This document shows positions 30,765-41,538 of a stretch of 64,000 bases of DNA, piece by piece. The position numbers were made by a program, and so were the translations under genes. The stretch's first letter is position 1, and each line of letters begins with the position of its first letter. The stretch comes from Candidatus Latescibacterota bacterium. Lineage in GTDB: Bacteria > Latescibacterota > UBA2968 > GCA-2709665. Under the pieces are notes generated by a model. It ran no database searches. It was not told the origin of the DNA and was given only the letters and a program-made list of their open reading frames with translations. The stretch is taken from positions 1,248,001-1,312,000 of the forward strand of contig OZ252100.1 in assembly GCA_965248435.1 (NCBI GenBank), read 5' to 3'.

Positions 30765-32204
30765 CTATTGTGGAAACGAAGGCAGCTCGAGCCCCGAAAT
30801 GTGCTGAAGGATTCGGATAACCTGAGCGCTGTAGCCGTACTCGTTGTCATACCAGACGTAAAGGACACACCGCCGCCCCTGAACAATCGTGGCCTTGGAA
30901 TCGACGATGCCCGTCTTCTCCTCCCCGATAAAGTCGCTTGAAACGACGTCAGGCGAGGTGACGTAAGCGACCTGACCCTGCAACGGGGAATTGAAGGCGA
31001 TTCCTCGAAGATACTCATTCACTTCTTCTACGGAACTCTCCGTGCCCAGATTCAGATTCAGAACGGCGAGCGAAACGTTCGGTGTCGGCACACGGATCGC
31101 ATTCGCTGTCAGTCGTCCCTTCAGCTCCGGAATCACCTTCGCGACGGCCCCGGCCGCACCCGTTTCGGTGATGACCATATTCTGAGGCGCACCCCGACCT
31201 CGCCTCTCCTTTCTGTGGTAATTGTCCAGGAGATTCTGTTCGGGTGTGTAGGAATGACAGGTCTCGATATGTGCGTCTTCGATCCGAAACCGGTCGTTTA
31301 TCACTTTGAGCACCGGAACAATAGCATTCGTCGTGCAACTGCAGGCAGACAGGATTCTCTCTTCTGCCTTGATGCGGTCATTGTTCACTCCGTAGACGAT
31401 GTTCGGGATGTCGTCCTGACCTGGAGCGGTCAAGATCACTTTGGACACACCCTTGGATTCGAGGTGTTGTTGCAAGCCCTTCCTGTCCCTCCACACCCCC
31501 GTGTTGTCCAGAACGATCGCATTATGAATGCCATATTCCGTATAGTCCAATTCTGTCGGGCTGTCGGCGTAAATCAGCCGAATCATGTTCCCGTTCGCCA
31601 CAAACGAATTTTCCTGCTTGTCCAGGACAATCGTCCCATCGAACTGCCCGTGGACCGAATCGCGTCGCAACAGCCCGGCCCGCTTCACCAGGTCTCCCTG
31701 CTTTTCCCTCACCACCACGGCTCGCAGGCGCCATTTGTCTCCGCCCCCGCTCCGTGCGATCAGAATCCTGCACAGGATCCGGCCGACGCGGCCAAATCCA
31801 TACAAAACGATGTCCTGGGGGACCTCACGCAGTTTTCTCTTTCCCGCGTTAATTTCCGGAAGCTCCTGGCCAACGAAGACCTCCACATCCTCTGCGGCCA
31901 TGCTGGTATGATAGCGGGTTGTCAGCTTTCCTATATCGATTCGACTGGGCGCGAGCTCGAGCTTTGCCAGGGCCTGCAGGATCGGAAAGCTGGAAAAGAC
32001 CGTTAATTCCTCTTTGAGAATCTGTCTGGAAAAGCGATGGGCTTTGAGGATTTCGATCGCCGACTTGTGGACCAGAGACTCTCCGCAAATGGTCGTAACC
32101 ACACCATAATCCCGATACAGGCGACCGATTAATGGGACCATGGATTCAGCTACTTCCTCGCGTCGGGTCCAATCATTGAAATAGGTTTCAGCCTTCTTAT
32201 CCAT
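30765..32204 (-). CDS. gap: Glyceraldehyde-3-phosphate dehydrogenase, long N-terminally extended type
   Basis: GFGRVGR, SCTTNA, RVPTPNVS, WYDNEYGYS; ~130-aa N-terminal extension. Confidence 0.9.
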   Translation of the reverse strand: MDKKAETYFNDWTRREEVAESMVPLIGRLYRDYGVVTTICGESLVHKSAIEILKAHRFSRQILKEELTVFSSFPILQALAKLELAPSRIDIGKLTTRYHTSMAAEDVEVFVGQELPEINAGKRKLREVPQDIVLYGFGRVGRILCRILIARSGGGDKWRLRAVVVREKQGDLVKRAGLLRRDSVHGQFDGTIVLDKQENSFVANGNMIRLIYADSPTELDYTEYGIHNAIVLDNTGVWRDRKGLQQHLESKGVSKVILTAPGQDDIPNIVYGVNNDRIKAEERILSACSCTTNAIVPVLKVINDRFRIEDAHIETCHSYTPEQNLLDNYHRKERRGRGAPQNMVITETGAAGAVAKVIPELKGRLTANAIRVPTPNVSLAVLNLNLGTESSVEEVNEYLRGIAFNSPLQGQVAYVTSPDVVSSDFIGEEKTGIVDSKATIVQGRRCVLYVWYDNEYGYSAQVIRILQHISGLELPSFPQ

Positions 32205-32222
32205 GCCCGCGATGACTCCTTT

Positions 32223-33257
32223 CTACCCCTGCAATGTGAGACCTCGCTCGCTGGGTATACCGATTAAACCCTGTTGGTCAACCTCCCCTTCGCCTTCCTT
32301 GATAATATTTCGTGCAGCCATTCTGATGACTTCAGGTCCCGCGTCTGGTCTGACAGCCTGTTCTGTGAGATGACGGCGCCAGGCCCTTGCGCCGGGCATG
32401 CCCTGAAACAGACCCATGATGTGCCTCGTCAGCTGAGCAAGGCGGACACCACAACGAAGCTGCCTCTCTACATAAAGCAGGTAAGCCTCCAGGATGCCCT
32501 CACGCGTGACTCCGTGTTCTTCTTCGACGCGGATCGCACGATCAAGCTCAGCCAGGATGAACGGGTTCTCATACGCCTGACGGCCGATCATGACCCCATC
32601 GACGGACTGAAGGTGTTGGCGGACTTGATCTACTGTCCTGATGCCCCCATTGATGATTATCTCCAACTGAGGAAAATCCCGCTTCAACCGATACACAACT
32701 TCATAATTAAGCGGAGGAAGATCTCGATTCTCCTTGGGGCTCAAGCCTTTCAACCAGGCCTTCCTGGCGTGAATAATGAAGACCTGACACCCCGCCGATG
32801 CGACGGCTCGCACGAAGGTGACGAGGTCCTCATACCGATCCTGTTCGTCTATCCCGATTCGGGTCTTGACCGTTACCGGAATACCGACGGAGTGGCTCAT
32901 GGCTGCCGCACATTCGGCCACGAGGCCGGGCTCCGCCATCAAACAGGCTCCGAATCGAGCGGACTGCACACGCTCGCTCGGACACCCGACATTCAGGTTT
33001 ATCTCGTCGTAGCCATAACCCTGGCCGATCCGGGCACATTCCGCGAGCTCGGTCGCGTTACTGCCTCCAACTTGCAGCGCCACCGGATGTTCCTGCGCGT
33101 CGAATCCCAAAAGTTTCTCTCGATCGCCATTCAGGATCGCTGCAGTTGAAATCATCTCGGAGTAAAGATAGATGCGGGGGGAGATGAGTCTTAAGAAGTA
33201 GCGCTCGTGTCGGTCTGTGCAATTCATCATCGGTGCCACACAGATCAGCCGATCCAC
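32223..33257 (-). CDS. dusA: tRNA-dihydrouridine(20/20a) synthase DusA
   Basis: VAPMM..TDRH.RY, NLNVGCPSERVQ, IHARKAWLKGLSPKENR, GVMIGR. Confidence 0.93.
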   Translation of the reverse strand: MDRLICVAPMMNCTDRHERYFLRLISPRIYLYSEMISTAAILNGDREKLLGFDAQEHPVALQVGGSNATELAECARIGQGYGYDEINLNVGCPSERVQSARFGACLMAEPGLVAECAAAMSHSVGIPVTVKTRIGIDEQDRYEDLVTFVRAVASAGCQVFIIHARKAWLKGLSPKENRDLPPLNYEVVYRLKRDFPQLEIIINGGIRTVDQVRQHLQSVDGVMIGRQAYENPFILAELDRAIRVEEEHGVTREGILEAYLLYVERQLRCGVRLAQLTRHIMGLFQGMPGARAWRRHLTEQAVRPDAGPEVIRMAARNIIKEGEGEVDQQGLIGIPSERGLTLQG

Positions 33258-33344
33258 AAGAGCATTCTCCGAAGTCGTTCCAGAGGTGATGAGACGGATC
33301 GGGCGATCCGTCTCATCTCCGACTTCCTTTCAGAAACAAAAGTC

Positions 33345-34493
33345 CTACGCGCTGGAGGTCGGAACCCCCACATCCCCGGCATTGACAATGCTGGGTGCCG
33401 CTTTTGGCGGGTCGTCTTCCAAAAAATCCAGGACGTTGTTAGGATCGTGCCAGGCCGGATAGCCATTCAGGATGCCGCCGACATTGCTGGCGGCGAGGGT
33501 GGCCATCCCTTCCCGGGTCCAATCCGTTGCTGATGCAATATGCGGTACGATCACCACGTTGCTGAGATCACTCAGGCCAGGTTTCATTTCCGGCTCATCT
33601 TCGAACACATCCAACCCTACCCGGAACCGTGGGTGGTCCCGGCAGTGGGCGACAAGATCGGTCTCGTTGATCACCGGTCCCCGGCTCGCATTCACGAGAA
33701 TGGCGTTCTCCTTCATCAACGCGAGCCGCTCTGAGTTCATAAGGTGGTGCGTCGTCTCGTCCAGCACGGGATGCAGGCTGACCACGTCAGCCGTTTTCAG
33801 CACTTCTTCCACACTGTCCGCCCGCCTGCACGACACCGCTTCCTCTCCTCGAGACGTCAACAATGCTGCGTACGCCTCGAGATACTCCTCAAGGGCGCTA
33901 TTCTGGTAAATATCGTAATAGATCAGATTCATCTTGAAGCCTTCGACCATCATGCGCCCATAGGTGGCACCGATTCGGCCGGCTCCGATCACCCCGACGG
34001 TCCTCCCCTTGAGAAGTTCGCCCAGAAAGAGCGAGGGCAGCCAGCCTTTGTAGTTTCCGCCACGCATGAATCGGTCGGCTTCGACGACGCGGCGGGCAGT
34101 AGAAAATGTGAGAGAAACAGCCATTTCGGCCGTCGTATCGGTCAAGACGCCCGGCGTATTCCCCACAGGAATTCCGAGCTTGGTCGCCGCACCTACATCC
34201 ACATTGTTGAAACCGACAGCGTAGTTGCTGTAAGCCTTGCCGCCCGCCGTCTTCAATGCAGAGAAAAGCGGCTCCCCCCAGTCCTCGGTTAGCTGACCGA
34301 TCACTCCGTCGCATTGGTCGCCGATGGCGGCCTTGATTTCATCCTTTGTCAGGATGTCCGTAGAGGTACAGACTTCGGTCTTGCAGCCCGCCTGGGCAAG
34401 GACCTTCAGCCAGCGGTCGCCAGGCAGTTCCTTTGTAACGACGACCCTCTTCCCCCCAGAAGGATTGTGTGTCTTCCACTCATTGGCGCTCAA
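33345..34493 (-). CDS. D-glycerate dehydrogenase / hydroxypyruvate reductase
   Basis: GQLTEDWG, SNYAVGFNNVD, GNTPGVLT, GAGRIG, GLDVFEDEP, PHIASA. Confidence 0.88.
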   Translation of the reverse strand: MSANEWKTHNPSGGKRVVVTKELPGDRWLKVLAQAGCKTEVCTSTDILTKDEIKAAIGDQCDGVIGQLTEDWGEPLFSALKTAGGKAYSNYAVGFNNVDVGAATKLGIPVGNTPGVLTDTTAEMAVSLTFSTARRVVEADRFMRGGNYKGWLPSLFLGELLKGRTVGVIGAGRIGATYGRMMVEGFKMNLIYYDIYQNSALEEYLEAYAALLTSRGEEAVSCRRADSVEEVLKTADVVSLHPVLDETTHHLMNSERLALMKENAILVNASRGPVINETDLVAHCRDHPRFRVGLDVFEDEPEMKPGLSDLSNVVIVPHIASATDWTREGMATLAASNVGGILNGYPAWHDPNNVLDFLEDDPPKAAPSIVNAGDVGVPTSSA

Positions 34494-34537
34494 AGTCTCT
34501 CCTCCTCGACGTTTCAGGCATCAGCCTCGATGACCGT

Positions 34538-34930
34538 TCAAGAATCTCCCAGGTCTCTTATCGACTTCCGACACTCGGATATCTCTTTAGTGAACTTCAA
34601 TATAGATTGAAAAGTCTGCAGGGACACCGGTTTGGAAAGCACGACATCAGCGGCAGACATAGAATCGGGATCGATATCGCGCGTGTAGGCAGAAATGATC
34701 GCAAGAACGGCGTGAGGACGAAGGCCCCGGATAACCGAAAGGGCATCCAGACCGCTCACGCCTGGCATTCGGACGTCAAGGGTGATGATGTCGTATTCTT
34801 CGATAATGGCCTTGCCGATCGCGTCTTCGCCGCAATTCACAGTATCCACAAGGTCGCATCCGACCATATCAGACGCATCTGACAGGATCTGTGCGGCATC
34901 GTCGTTATCATCTACGATCAACACCTTCAT
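34538..34930 (-). CDS. Single-domain response regulator (receiver)
   Basis: MKVLIVDD, LDVRMP, ISA, SKP. Confidence 0.88.
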   Translation of the reverse strand: MKVLIVDDNDDAAQILSDASDMVGCDLVDTVNCGEDAIGKAIIEEYDIITLDVRMPGVSGLDALSVIRGLRPHAVLAIISAYTRDIDPDSMSAADVVLSKPVSLQTFQSILKFTKEISECRKSIRDLGDS

Positions 34931-35189
34931 CAGATTCCCCGTTCGTGCAGGATTCGAGCACCGCCGAGGCCCAAGTGTTTTTAAGGTAACGCATTTAGAA
35001 CAGGGGGTCAAGCGGAAATCGGGACATTTAGGGCGTCGAAAACGGCGGGGAATCAACCATAGGATGCGTCGCGAGCGATACTAAGAAAGCTCTTCGTCGA
35101 ATGCTGGTGTTAGGTAACAAGCTCTATCATTAAAAACACGCCAACCTGGCAGCCGTCTTGAAGCTAGCGAGATACATCGGTCAATTCCG

Positions 35190-36345
35190 TCAGGGCCGCG
35201 GTGTGCGACTCCCTTGCAACCCCCTGATGAACGTATCTCGTATCTCGTGAAACGTATCTCGTCAGAGCTATACCGTAGTTCAAAAAGACGATCAGGAAAA
35301 TACAACACGAATTCTGCGAAATTCAGGAACCGGCTGGATCACGGGCCCGCGAGATACCAGTTACGAGAGGGCCGCCGGAGGGAAAAGGCCGTCGTTCGTC
35401 GATCGTCTCAGGTCGTGTCCTGTAGGACACGACCGACTCGTCGTTCGCAAGCCCTCGAATGCGAATCCCCCGTTCAGGGGTTCGCCAGCAGGAGCTGGCT
35501 CCTACCGGATATATTTTCCGATTGAAGATCGCTTGAAACCATCAGGGCCGCGGTGTGCGACTCCGATGCAACCAGCCCATTTCTCCTCCCAGCGGTTTGG
35601 TTCCTCAGTGATCGCGAGCGCGTTGTGAGGACTTGGCCTTCCTGCCTTGGACTGTTTATGCCACTGAGGGTGAGGTGCCGCGGCCGGAGCCTCCCCGGCG
35701 CCTGAGGGGAGCCCTTCTTTTGTCCTCGGGCGCGGCACTAGCCGCGCCCCTGCGGCGAAATCTTGGAGTGTAGGGGCACAGCCGCGCTGTGCCCCAGGGT
35801 GGCGGTTGCGGTAGGCCTTTTCTTGTGGCGAGACAAGAAAAGTAGGTCGCCGAAGGCATGATGTTGTGAAGTTCGCGATATTACCCACCCCGCCCCCCTG
35901 CTTAAATCATGCAGGGGCAGGCCTTCGGGGCACCCCGGAAAGCATCTGATTCGAATACTAAAGCGCCCTCCTTGGGAGCGAACTAGGGGTGGGTCTGATG
36001 GGCAGAAACGAGATTGTGACCCACCCCGACCCGGGAGGGGACTTGCAATCCTCTCTTGATATGCCCCTTGAATATGAAAACCCTATTCAGGGTTTCGCCA
36101 GCAGGAGCTGGCTCCTACCACATTTATTTTCTAATTCGGAAAGCACGCCCTTTTGCCTTTCATTCCGCAATCCCAAATCCGCAATCGTGCGGCCGGACGT
36201 GTGCCACGGGCAGCTCAGCAGGCCGTTTGATCAGTTCTTCATTGTGTTACACGGGCGGCTCGCCTGCCCGTGGAGAGTTTATGACCCTGTGAATCTCTAA
36301 ACACCTCCATCACTGCCCACCGGCAGCAAGCTGCCGGTGCCACAA
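35190..36345. repeat. Field of REP-like palindromes and short duplications
   Basis: TTCGCCAGCAGGAGCTGGCTCCTAC at 35481 and 36094; 32-bp duplication at 35190/35542; GTAGGGGCACAGC..GCTGTGCCCC at ~35769; CACCGGCAGCAAGCTGCCGGTG at ~36318; heptamer runs. Confidence 0.8.
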
Positions 36346-36368
36346 AATCTACTTCCGTCCTGCAATAC

Positions 36369-36408
36369 AAAAAAGGACGTCAGCCCGATGGGTCTCGAGC
36401 TGACGTCC
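36369..36408 (-). terminator. Intrinsic terminator after IOR gene
   Basis: GGACGTCAGC / GCTGACGTCC stem with an A-tract on the plus strand (U-tract on minus). Confidence 0.75.
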
Positions 36409-36479
36409 GGTAACACAGTAGTGATGCCGAATCACTGATGTATCGATCGGCATCCAGGTCTGCAATCTTTAGGCAATAG

Positions 36480-39400
36480 TCAAGCAGGCTGCCCGACCGG
36501 CTCGATGGCCAGATAGGCATCGATCGGAGAAGGTTCTCCCTCCCCATTCAAAAGAAACTCGGCCATCCGGCAGGCAGCGTCCATCTTGGGCCAAATCACC
36601 TCTCGGTAACCGCGGACCTCCTCAGGCAGTCGCAAGACGCGCACATAGGTCCCGTATCGCTCCTCATCATCGTATTCGAACTGATCGATAAGACCGGTGT
36701 ACCAGTCTCGGAACGCCTTTTCCTCCTTGTGCCAGGAGGGGAGAAGCGTACGAATGACTCCCATTTTGCGCATGATCTTCAACATCCACGGGCGGGTCCT
36801 AACGTCGAACGTAATGTCGAGTCCGGCAACGCGGAAATGGGGCCGAGTCAAATGCCGGTACGAGACACTGTCGCCGCGTTCCGGGTCTATGTTATAATGT
36901 ATATAGTCACGACGACGCTTTTCCTCACTCGTCAACAGATGGGCCACATAGATCTCATCTTTGTAGGCCATCACCCTTGCCAGATATCGGACGACCGCCT
37001 CAGTGGCTTCGTAGCCATATTCACGCCGATCCTTGTTGTAGATTTGCCACACTCTCCCTACGTATGAGCGCGCATACTCCAGCCCACCCCACTGGATCAC
37101 ATCATAGGCCCCAAGCGCAAACTGCACCTTCGTTTCCTCGCTCAAATCCATCTCTTCGGCCATGTCCACGAGTTCACGATAGGCCTCAGCCACCTTTTGC
37201 CCCTTCGACCGCCTGAGGATCCGTGTTTTATCTTCGGCGAAGTTGCCGAACGTCTCCAGAGTCGGTTCCGCTTGCTTCTCGAACGCACCCTGATCGACCG
37301 CGAGCTTTCTCCCGATGTCGAACGCCTTCAGGTTTGCATCCATATCCCGCCGAATGTTGTGTTTCATGGCCCAGTGGATGTTCTCAAGGTCGATCGGAAG
37401 CGCCCCCTTTTGGTACGCAATCCCCAATATAATGCTGTTGGCATAGATCTTATTGCCCAGGTAGCGCTCAGAAATCTCGCTCACATTCACGGACAAGTAG
37501 CGATCAGCATTTGTATACCGCTTCAGCACCCTCTGCATTTCCTCGATGTCGAACTCGTCTTTTCCGGTCAGGCTCATCGTGGTCTCACGCCTGCTCGTTT
37601 CCACTACGGCAGTCGTGTGCTCTGGACTGGCGATCTTACCCAACTCACCGGGACTGAGCCCCCTTACCGCCTCGAGGATGTCGAGACCCAGCAGGAGATC
37701 GGCGTGACCATACGGCGTCAGCTGAGAAATCGTGCGGTCCCCTTTGGCGAAGCTGATGTGAGAATAGACCGCTCCGTTCCGAATGGCCAGCCCCTTCTTG
37801 TTCGTGAATCGAACCGTGTAGCCCTGCTTCGCCCCGGCAACGGAAAGAATGGCAGACACCGTATTGATGCCCATCCCCCCAACACCAGCGACATAGGCAT
37901 ACCACGCCTTATCGAAGCTTCGAACCTCGGGCTCAGGAAGATTCGAAAGATCGATTCGTTCGGTGAATACTTCCGGTACTCGCCTTCGCCTGATCGTTAT
38001 CTCCTCGAAGGAAGGGCAGGTCTTGTCGCCATCAGCAACCGTAACCTTGGTGCACGCGCCATCGGAAACGCACAGCGAGTAATCCGTGACGATTTTCGGG
38101 CCCCGGAGCGTTTGTTCCACAGTCAGGCCGCTGCAGCCGGTTGCCCGGGTACACTCGAGACAGTATTCGCACACGTCGGGGGTGACGTTGATCCGAACCT
38201 CTTTCGGGAGGTAGCCCTTCTCTTTGACGATTCCGGCCTCTTCCGCCCTCGCGCGCCGATGGTAAGTAATTCCGCATTCCTTGTCCGCAATGATGATCTT
38301 GACCCCATCCTTCAGAAGGGTCTCCTCCACCCTCCTTCGATAGGTCTTTCTATCGGCGGGGTTCATCCTGACAACGACGGTCGACCGGGGCCCTTTCGAC
38401 CTGACCATGCCCCTCACGACCTGCTCGATATCCTGAGCGAACGTCGGCCGACCCATAATATCTGTATCTACACCCGGGGTCGGTTGATGTCCGGTCATCG
38501 CCGTGGTCTTGTTGTCCAGGATCACGTATGTGATGTCCTGTCCGTTCTTGATCGAGTCTGAAATTGCGGCCATGCCGCTGTGAAAAAAGGTGGAATCTCC
38601 CATGAAGACCAACTGCTTGTTCGTGATGAAGGGGTCGATGCCGGCCCCCGTGCCGCCACCCAGCCCCATCCCGGAAAGATTATGAATCAGGCGATCGAAA
38701 GGTTCGTACTTGAGTAAGGTGTAACAACCGATATCGCCGTGGAACACCAGATCCACCGGATGGCTTCCGTGCTCACTTTGCATATACGTCTCGTCCATGA
38801 AATCGTCTACGACCCGATTCAACACACTTGCCGAATCCCGGTGTGGGCATCCTGGACAGAACGAGGGCGTTCGGACCGCCGCCCGAACGTCATATCGATC
38901 GGTCCGTTCGATCAGCGCAACCTCATCACTGATGAGTTCTCGGTCTATATCCACTTCTGGATCATCACCCTCCAGAAACAGCGGCGCGAGGCGTTGGAGC
39001 AGGATGGATGGGTTGAGGCCGCGATCACTGGGTAATCCCTCTCTGTCCCGTGAGAAACGTTTGCCCCACACACGATACGGCCCGATCTCCCCAGCCTGAT
39101 ACATCTCCTGCAAGGCGGACGTGATCTGCTCCTCCAGAAAAGGTCGCTTCTCCTCGACCACGATCAGTTCCTCAACCTGGTCCGCGAACGCCCTCAAGAC
39201 CTCTCGATCCAAGGGATACGTGACACCATATTTCAGGATGGGTACCTGACCTTCCAGTCCCAGCAGGCTCAAGACGTGTTCCAGATAACAGTAGGCCAGG
39301 CTGCTCGTCACAAAACCGATCCGCCTTCTTCCGGAAGAGGGCGGATAGAGAATCCGATTCACACCGAATTCGCGAGCGTTCTGCAGCAGCCGGGGAAACC

Positions 39401-40094
39401 GGGTGTGTAAGACCTCGGATTCCTTACGCGCTGTGTGAGGGGGGATGATCACACGATCGTCGACCGGGATCGAGCGGGTATCCATCTCCAGAGGGTGGTT
39501 CGTCGTCAGCATCGGGTAGCGATTCGGCCGAAGGCTTACGGTCCCGCCTCCGTCCGCCTGGTTGGAAGTAACCAGGTAGGCGATAAAGAGTCTGCTCTTC
39601 TCCGAAAGATCGAACGCCACCCCGATCCAGTCCTTGATTTCCTGAAACGTACTCGGCTCCAGGATCGGCATGTAGAGATGTTTTGCGATAAACCTTGAAT
39701 CCGCCGGGACCTGCGTCCCTTCGGACCAGGTATCATCCCCGAACACGGCCACCGCCGCCCCGCCAGGCCCCGTTCCTGCCATGTTTCCCAGCGCCAGCGC
39801 ATCGGAGGCAACGTGAACGCCAACGCTCTTCATGACGGCCATGGCTCGAATGGATTCCATCTGGGAGCCGTTCAATCGCGCAGCGCCAAGGGCTTCATTG
39901 TTGGCGATCTGGACGACGATGCCTTTTTCCAGCAGCAGGTCTTTGATGCGCTCTGCAGCGTCGAACACCTCGGCCACCGGAGAGCCAGGGTATCCCGTCA
40001 GCAGGCCGATTCCGCTTTCCAGTCCGCCTTTGACAAGAAGCTCGTTGCCCGTAAAGATCCCGGACCCTTCCTCCTGCAGAAATCGACGATCCAT
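36480..40094 (-). CDS. Indolepyruvate ferredoxin oxidoreductase family, fused alpha/beta
   Basis: GYPGSP, FCPGCPHR, GDIGC, GDSTFFHSG..NKTTAMTGHQP (TPP), CEYCLEC, GVGGMG, YKDE.YVA. Confidence 0.9.
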   Translation of the reverse strand: MDRRFLQEEGSGIFTGNELLVKGGLESGIGLLTGYPGSPVAEVFDAAERIKDLLLEKGIVVQIANNEALGAARLNGSQMESIRAMAVMKSVGVHVASDALALGNMAGTGPGGAAVAVFGDDTWSEGTQVPADSRFIAKHLYMPILEPSTFQEIKDWIGVAFDLSEKSRLFIAYLVTSNQADGGGTVSLRPNRYPMLTTNHPLEMDTRSIPVDDRVIIPPHTARKESEVLHTRFPRLLQNAREFGVNRILYPPSSGRRRIGFVTSSLAYCYLEHVLSLLGLEGQVPILKYGVTYPLDREVLRAFADQVEELIVVEEKRPFLEEQITSALQEMYQAGEIGPYRVWGKRFSRDREGLPSDRGLNPSILLQRLAPLFLEGDDPEVDIDRELISDEVALIERTDRYDVRAAVRTPSFCPGCPHRDSASVLNRVVDDFMDETYMQSEHGSHPVDLVFHGDIGCYTLLKYEPFDRLIHNLSGMGLGGGTGAGIDPFITNKQLVFMGDSTFFHSGMAAISDSIKNGQDITYVILDNKTTAMTGHQPTPGVDTDIMGRPTFAQDIEQVVRGMVRSKGPRSTVVVRMNPADRKTYRRRVEETLLKDGVKIIIADKECGITYHRRARAEEAGIVKEKGYLPKEVRINVTPDVCEYCLECTRATGCSGLTVEQTLRGPKIVTDYSLCVSDGACTKVTVADGDKTCPSFEEITIRRRRVPEVFTERIDLSNLPEPEVRSFDKAWYAYVAGVGGMGINTVSAILSVAGAKQGYTVRFTNKKGLAIRNGAVYSHISFAKGDRTISQLTPYGHADLLLGLDILEAVRGLSPGELGKIASPEHTTAVVETSRRETTMSLTGKDEFDIEEMQRVLKRYTNADRYLSVNVSEISERYLGNKIYANSIILGIAYQKGALPIDLENIHWAMKHNIRRDMDANLKAFDIGRKLAVDQGAFEKQAEPTLETFGNFAEDKTRILRRSKGQKVAEAYRELVDMAEEMDLSEETKVQFALGAYDVIQWGGLEYARSYVGRVWQIYNKDRREYGYEATEAVVRYLARVMAYKDEIYVAHLLTSEEKRRRDYIHYNIDPERGDSVSYRHLTRPHFRVAGLDITFDVRTRPWMLKIMRKMGVIRTLLPSWHKEEKAFRDWYTGLIDQFEYDDEERYGTYVRVLRLPEEVRGYREVIWPKMDAACRMAEFLLNGEGEPSPIDAYLAIEPVGQPA

Positions 40095-41510
40095 CTATCT
40101 GGGTCTCCTTCGTCCCCTTAGGACCGGCACCGGCGGCTCCCAAACTTCGTTCCAGTGAGGATTATGCACCTCTCCTGGATAGGTCGAATGGACGAGCTCG
40201 AAAACGCCGAGACCTCGTTGATCCCGAAAGACGAATTCGTTTCGCCCCTTTTTCTCTAAAGTCCAGATCTCATAGGGCTTCTGCCCCGAGGCGGAGGTAC
40301 CGTACTGGATATCATCCGGTGGTCCGTATTTGATGTAGACCCTTCCCTTGTCTGTATCGGAGCCCCGCTTGCCGTGCCCTCCGAAAAAATGGTCCTCGGC
40401 GTGCCGCATCCGCCTTATGTGTCCGATCAATCGTTCGTTTGTGGGCGTATCCGGTGTCGGATCCAGGTTTTTCCAGAAGGCTTTGAGAAACTTCATCTTA
40501 GAATTCTGGCTGACCAGATTCTTGTAAATCTTCATATCTTCTCCCTGCGCGACATACCGAACATCCATGTAGTGTCTGATCATGCGTTGTTCGGTCTCCT
40601 TCTGCTCATCCGTCACTTCGACATCACCTGCGGCCAAAAAGACCATCCTGCGGCTTCTCACGTGTTGCCTGCTTCGTCGGTCGAAGATCTCAACCTGCAG
40701 GTAGTAGTCCCCCGCCTCCACACCCTCCGTACTGAGTGTTTCAGTCTTGACAAGACTCTGCCCTGGTTTGATCAAGCGCTTGGCAGGATAGTTCTTGACG
40801 GAGTTCCCGCTGGAGTCGGCCAGACTGTAGCCCAGAATCACCGAGTCGTCTTCAAGATCCGGGTCGAATTGCAGGCTGTAGATTTCAAAATAGAACCGCA
40901 GAGGATTTCCAGCCAGATAGCTGCGTCTGGCATTTGGAATCACTCGCCATCCGTGTCTGATGAATCTTCCGACGCCTTCGGCTTGTTCCACCTCGAGCGC
41001 CATTAGAATATCGCTCGTTACCAGCGTTTCCACATCGAAGGCCTTCACGCTCAGGGGCCCGTCGCAGGTTCCCTGCTTATCTCCAAATATGTCCTCGATC
41101 GTGACATTGAACCTGTAGGCACCTGGAGACATCTTGAACCCAATGACGTCTCTAAAAGGTGCGCTGGCTTCTTGGACGTCCTCCATTGTTTCCAGAGAGA
41201 CGTTTCGTGTCCACACCTCGGATTCGATCTGCGTGCCATTGGAATCCTCGATGGCCACAGAGATGTCCATCTGAGCGACGTGAACCTCTCCTTCGGGTAC
41301 AAACTGAAGGTGTTTGACGTCGATCAAGATGTAAACTTCCTGCATCGTATATCCCTTGGAATCTCGAAATCCCGCATTGTCCACAAAAAATCGAAGCTCT
41401 CCGCGGCTCGCCAAAGGAAGGTCACGATGCGCGATCGCGGCCCGTCCGGTTTCTAACAGTGACGCAGACACCACTACAACTAGAAGAATAATCATGACCG
41501 TCTTGTTCAT
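40095..41510 (-). CDS. GWxTD domain-containing secreted protein
   Basis: N-terminal signal-like segment; FWKNLDPTPDTPTNE...GSDTDKGRVYIKYGPPD. Confidence 0.8.
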   Translation of the reverse strand: MNKTVMIILLVVVVSASLLETGRAAIAHRDLPLASRGELRFFVDNAGFRDSKGYTMQEVYILIDVKHLQFVPEGEVHVAQMDISVAIEDSNGTQIESEVWTRNVSLETMEDVQEASAPFRDVIGFKMSPGAYRFNVTIEDIFGDKQGTCDGPLSVKAFDVETLVTSDILMALEVEQAEGVGRFIRHGWRVIPNARRSYLAGNPLRFYFEIYSLQFDPDLEDDSVILGYSLADSSGNSVKNYPAKRLIKPGQSLVKTETLSTEGVEAGDYYLQVEIFDRRSRQHVRSRRMVFLAAGDVEVTDEQKETEQRMIRHYMDVRYVAQGEDMKIYKNLVSQNSKMKFLKAFWKNLDPTPDTPTNERLIGHIRRMRHAEDHFFGGHGKRGSDTDKGRVYIKYGPPDDIQYGTSASGQKPYEIWTLEKKGRNEFVFRDQRGLGVFELVHSTYPGEVHNPHWNEVWEPPVPVLRGRRRPR

Positions 41511-41538
41511 CGCATCCCTCCAGTCAGCCCCCGCAAAG

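Noticed and set aside
32223-33257. dusA-associated genomic island integration
   Set aside because: dusA is intact and flanked by housekeeping genes; no integrase or duplicated dusA fragment is seen.
35081-36300. Short ORFs in the repeat field, and 26373-26990
   Set aside because: The translations are made of repeat-derived peptides (e.g. GFASRSWLL, PGTGYREI); unlikely to be real genes.
37197-38561. Long antisense ORFs (454 aa here; also 27098-27934, 32274-33149, 49386-50267)
   Set aside because: Shadow ORFs opposite well-supported genes in GC-rich DNA, with no recognisable motifs.
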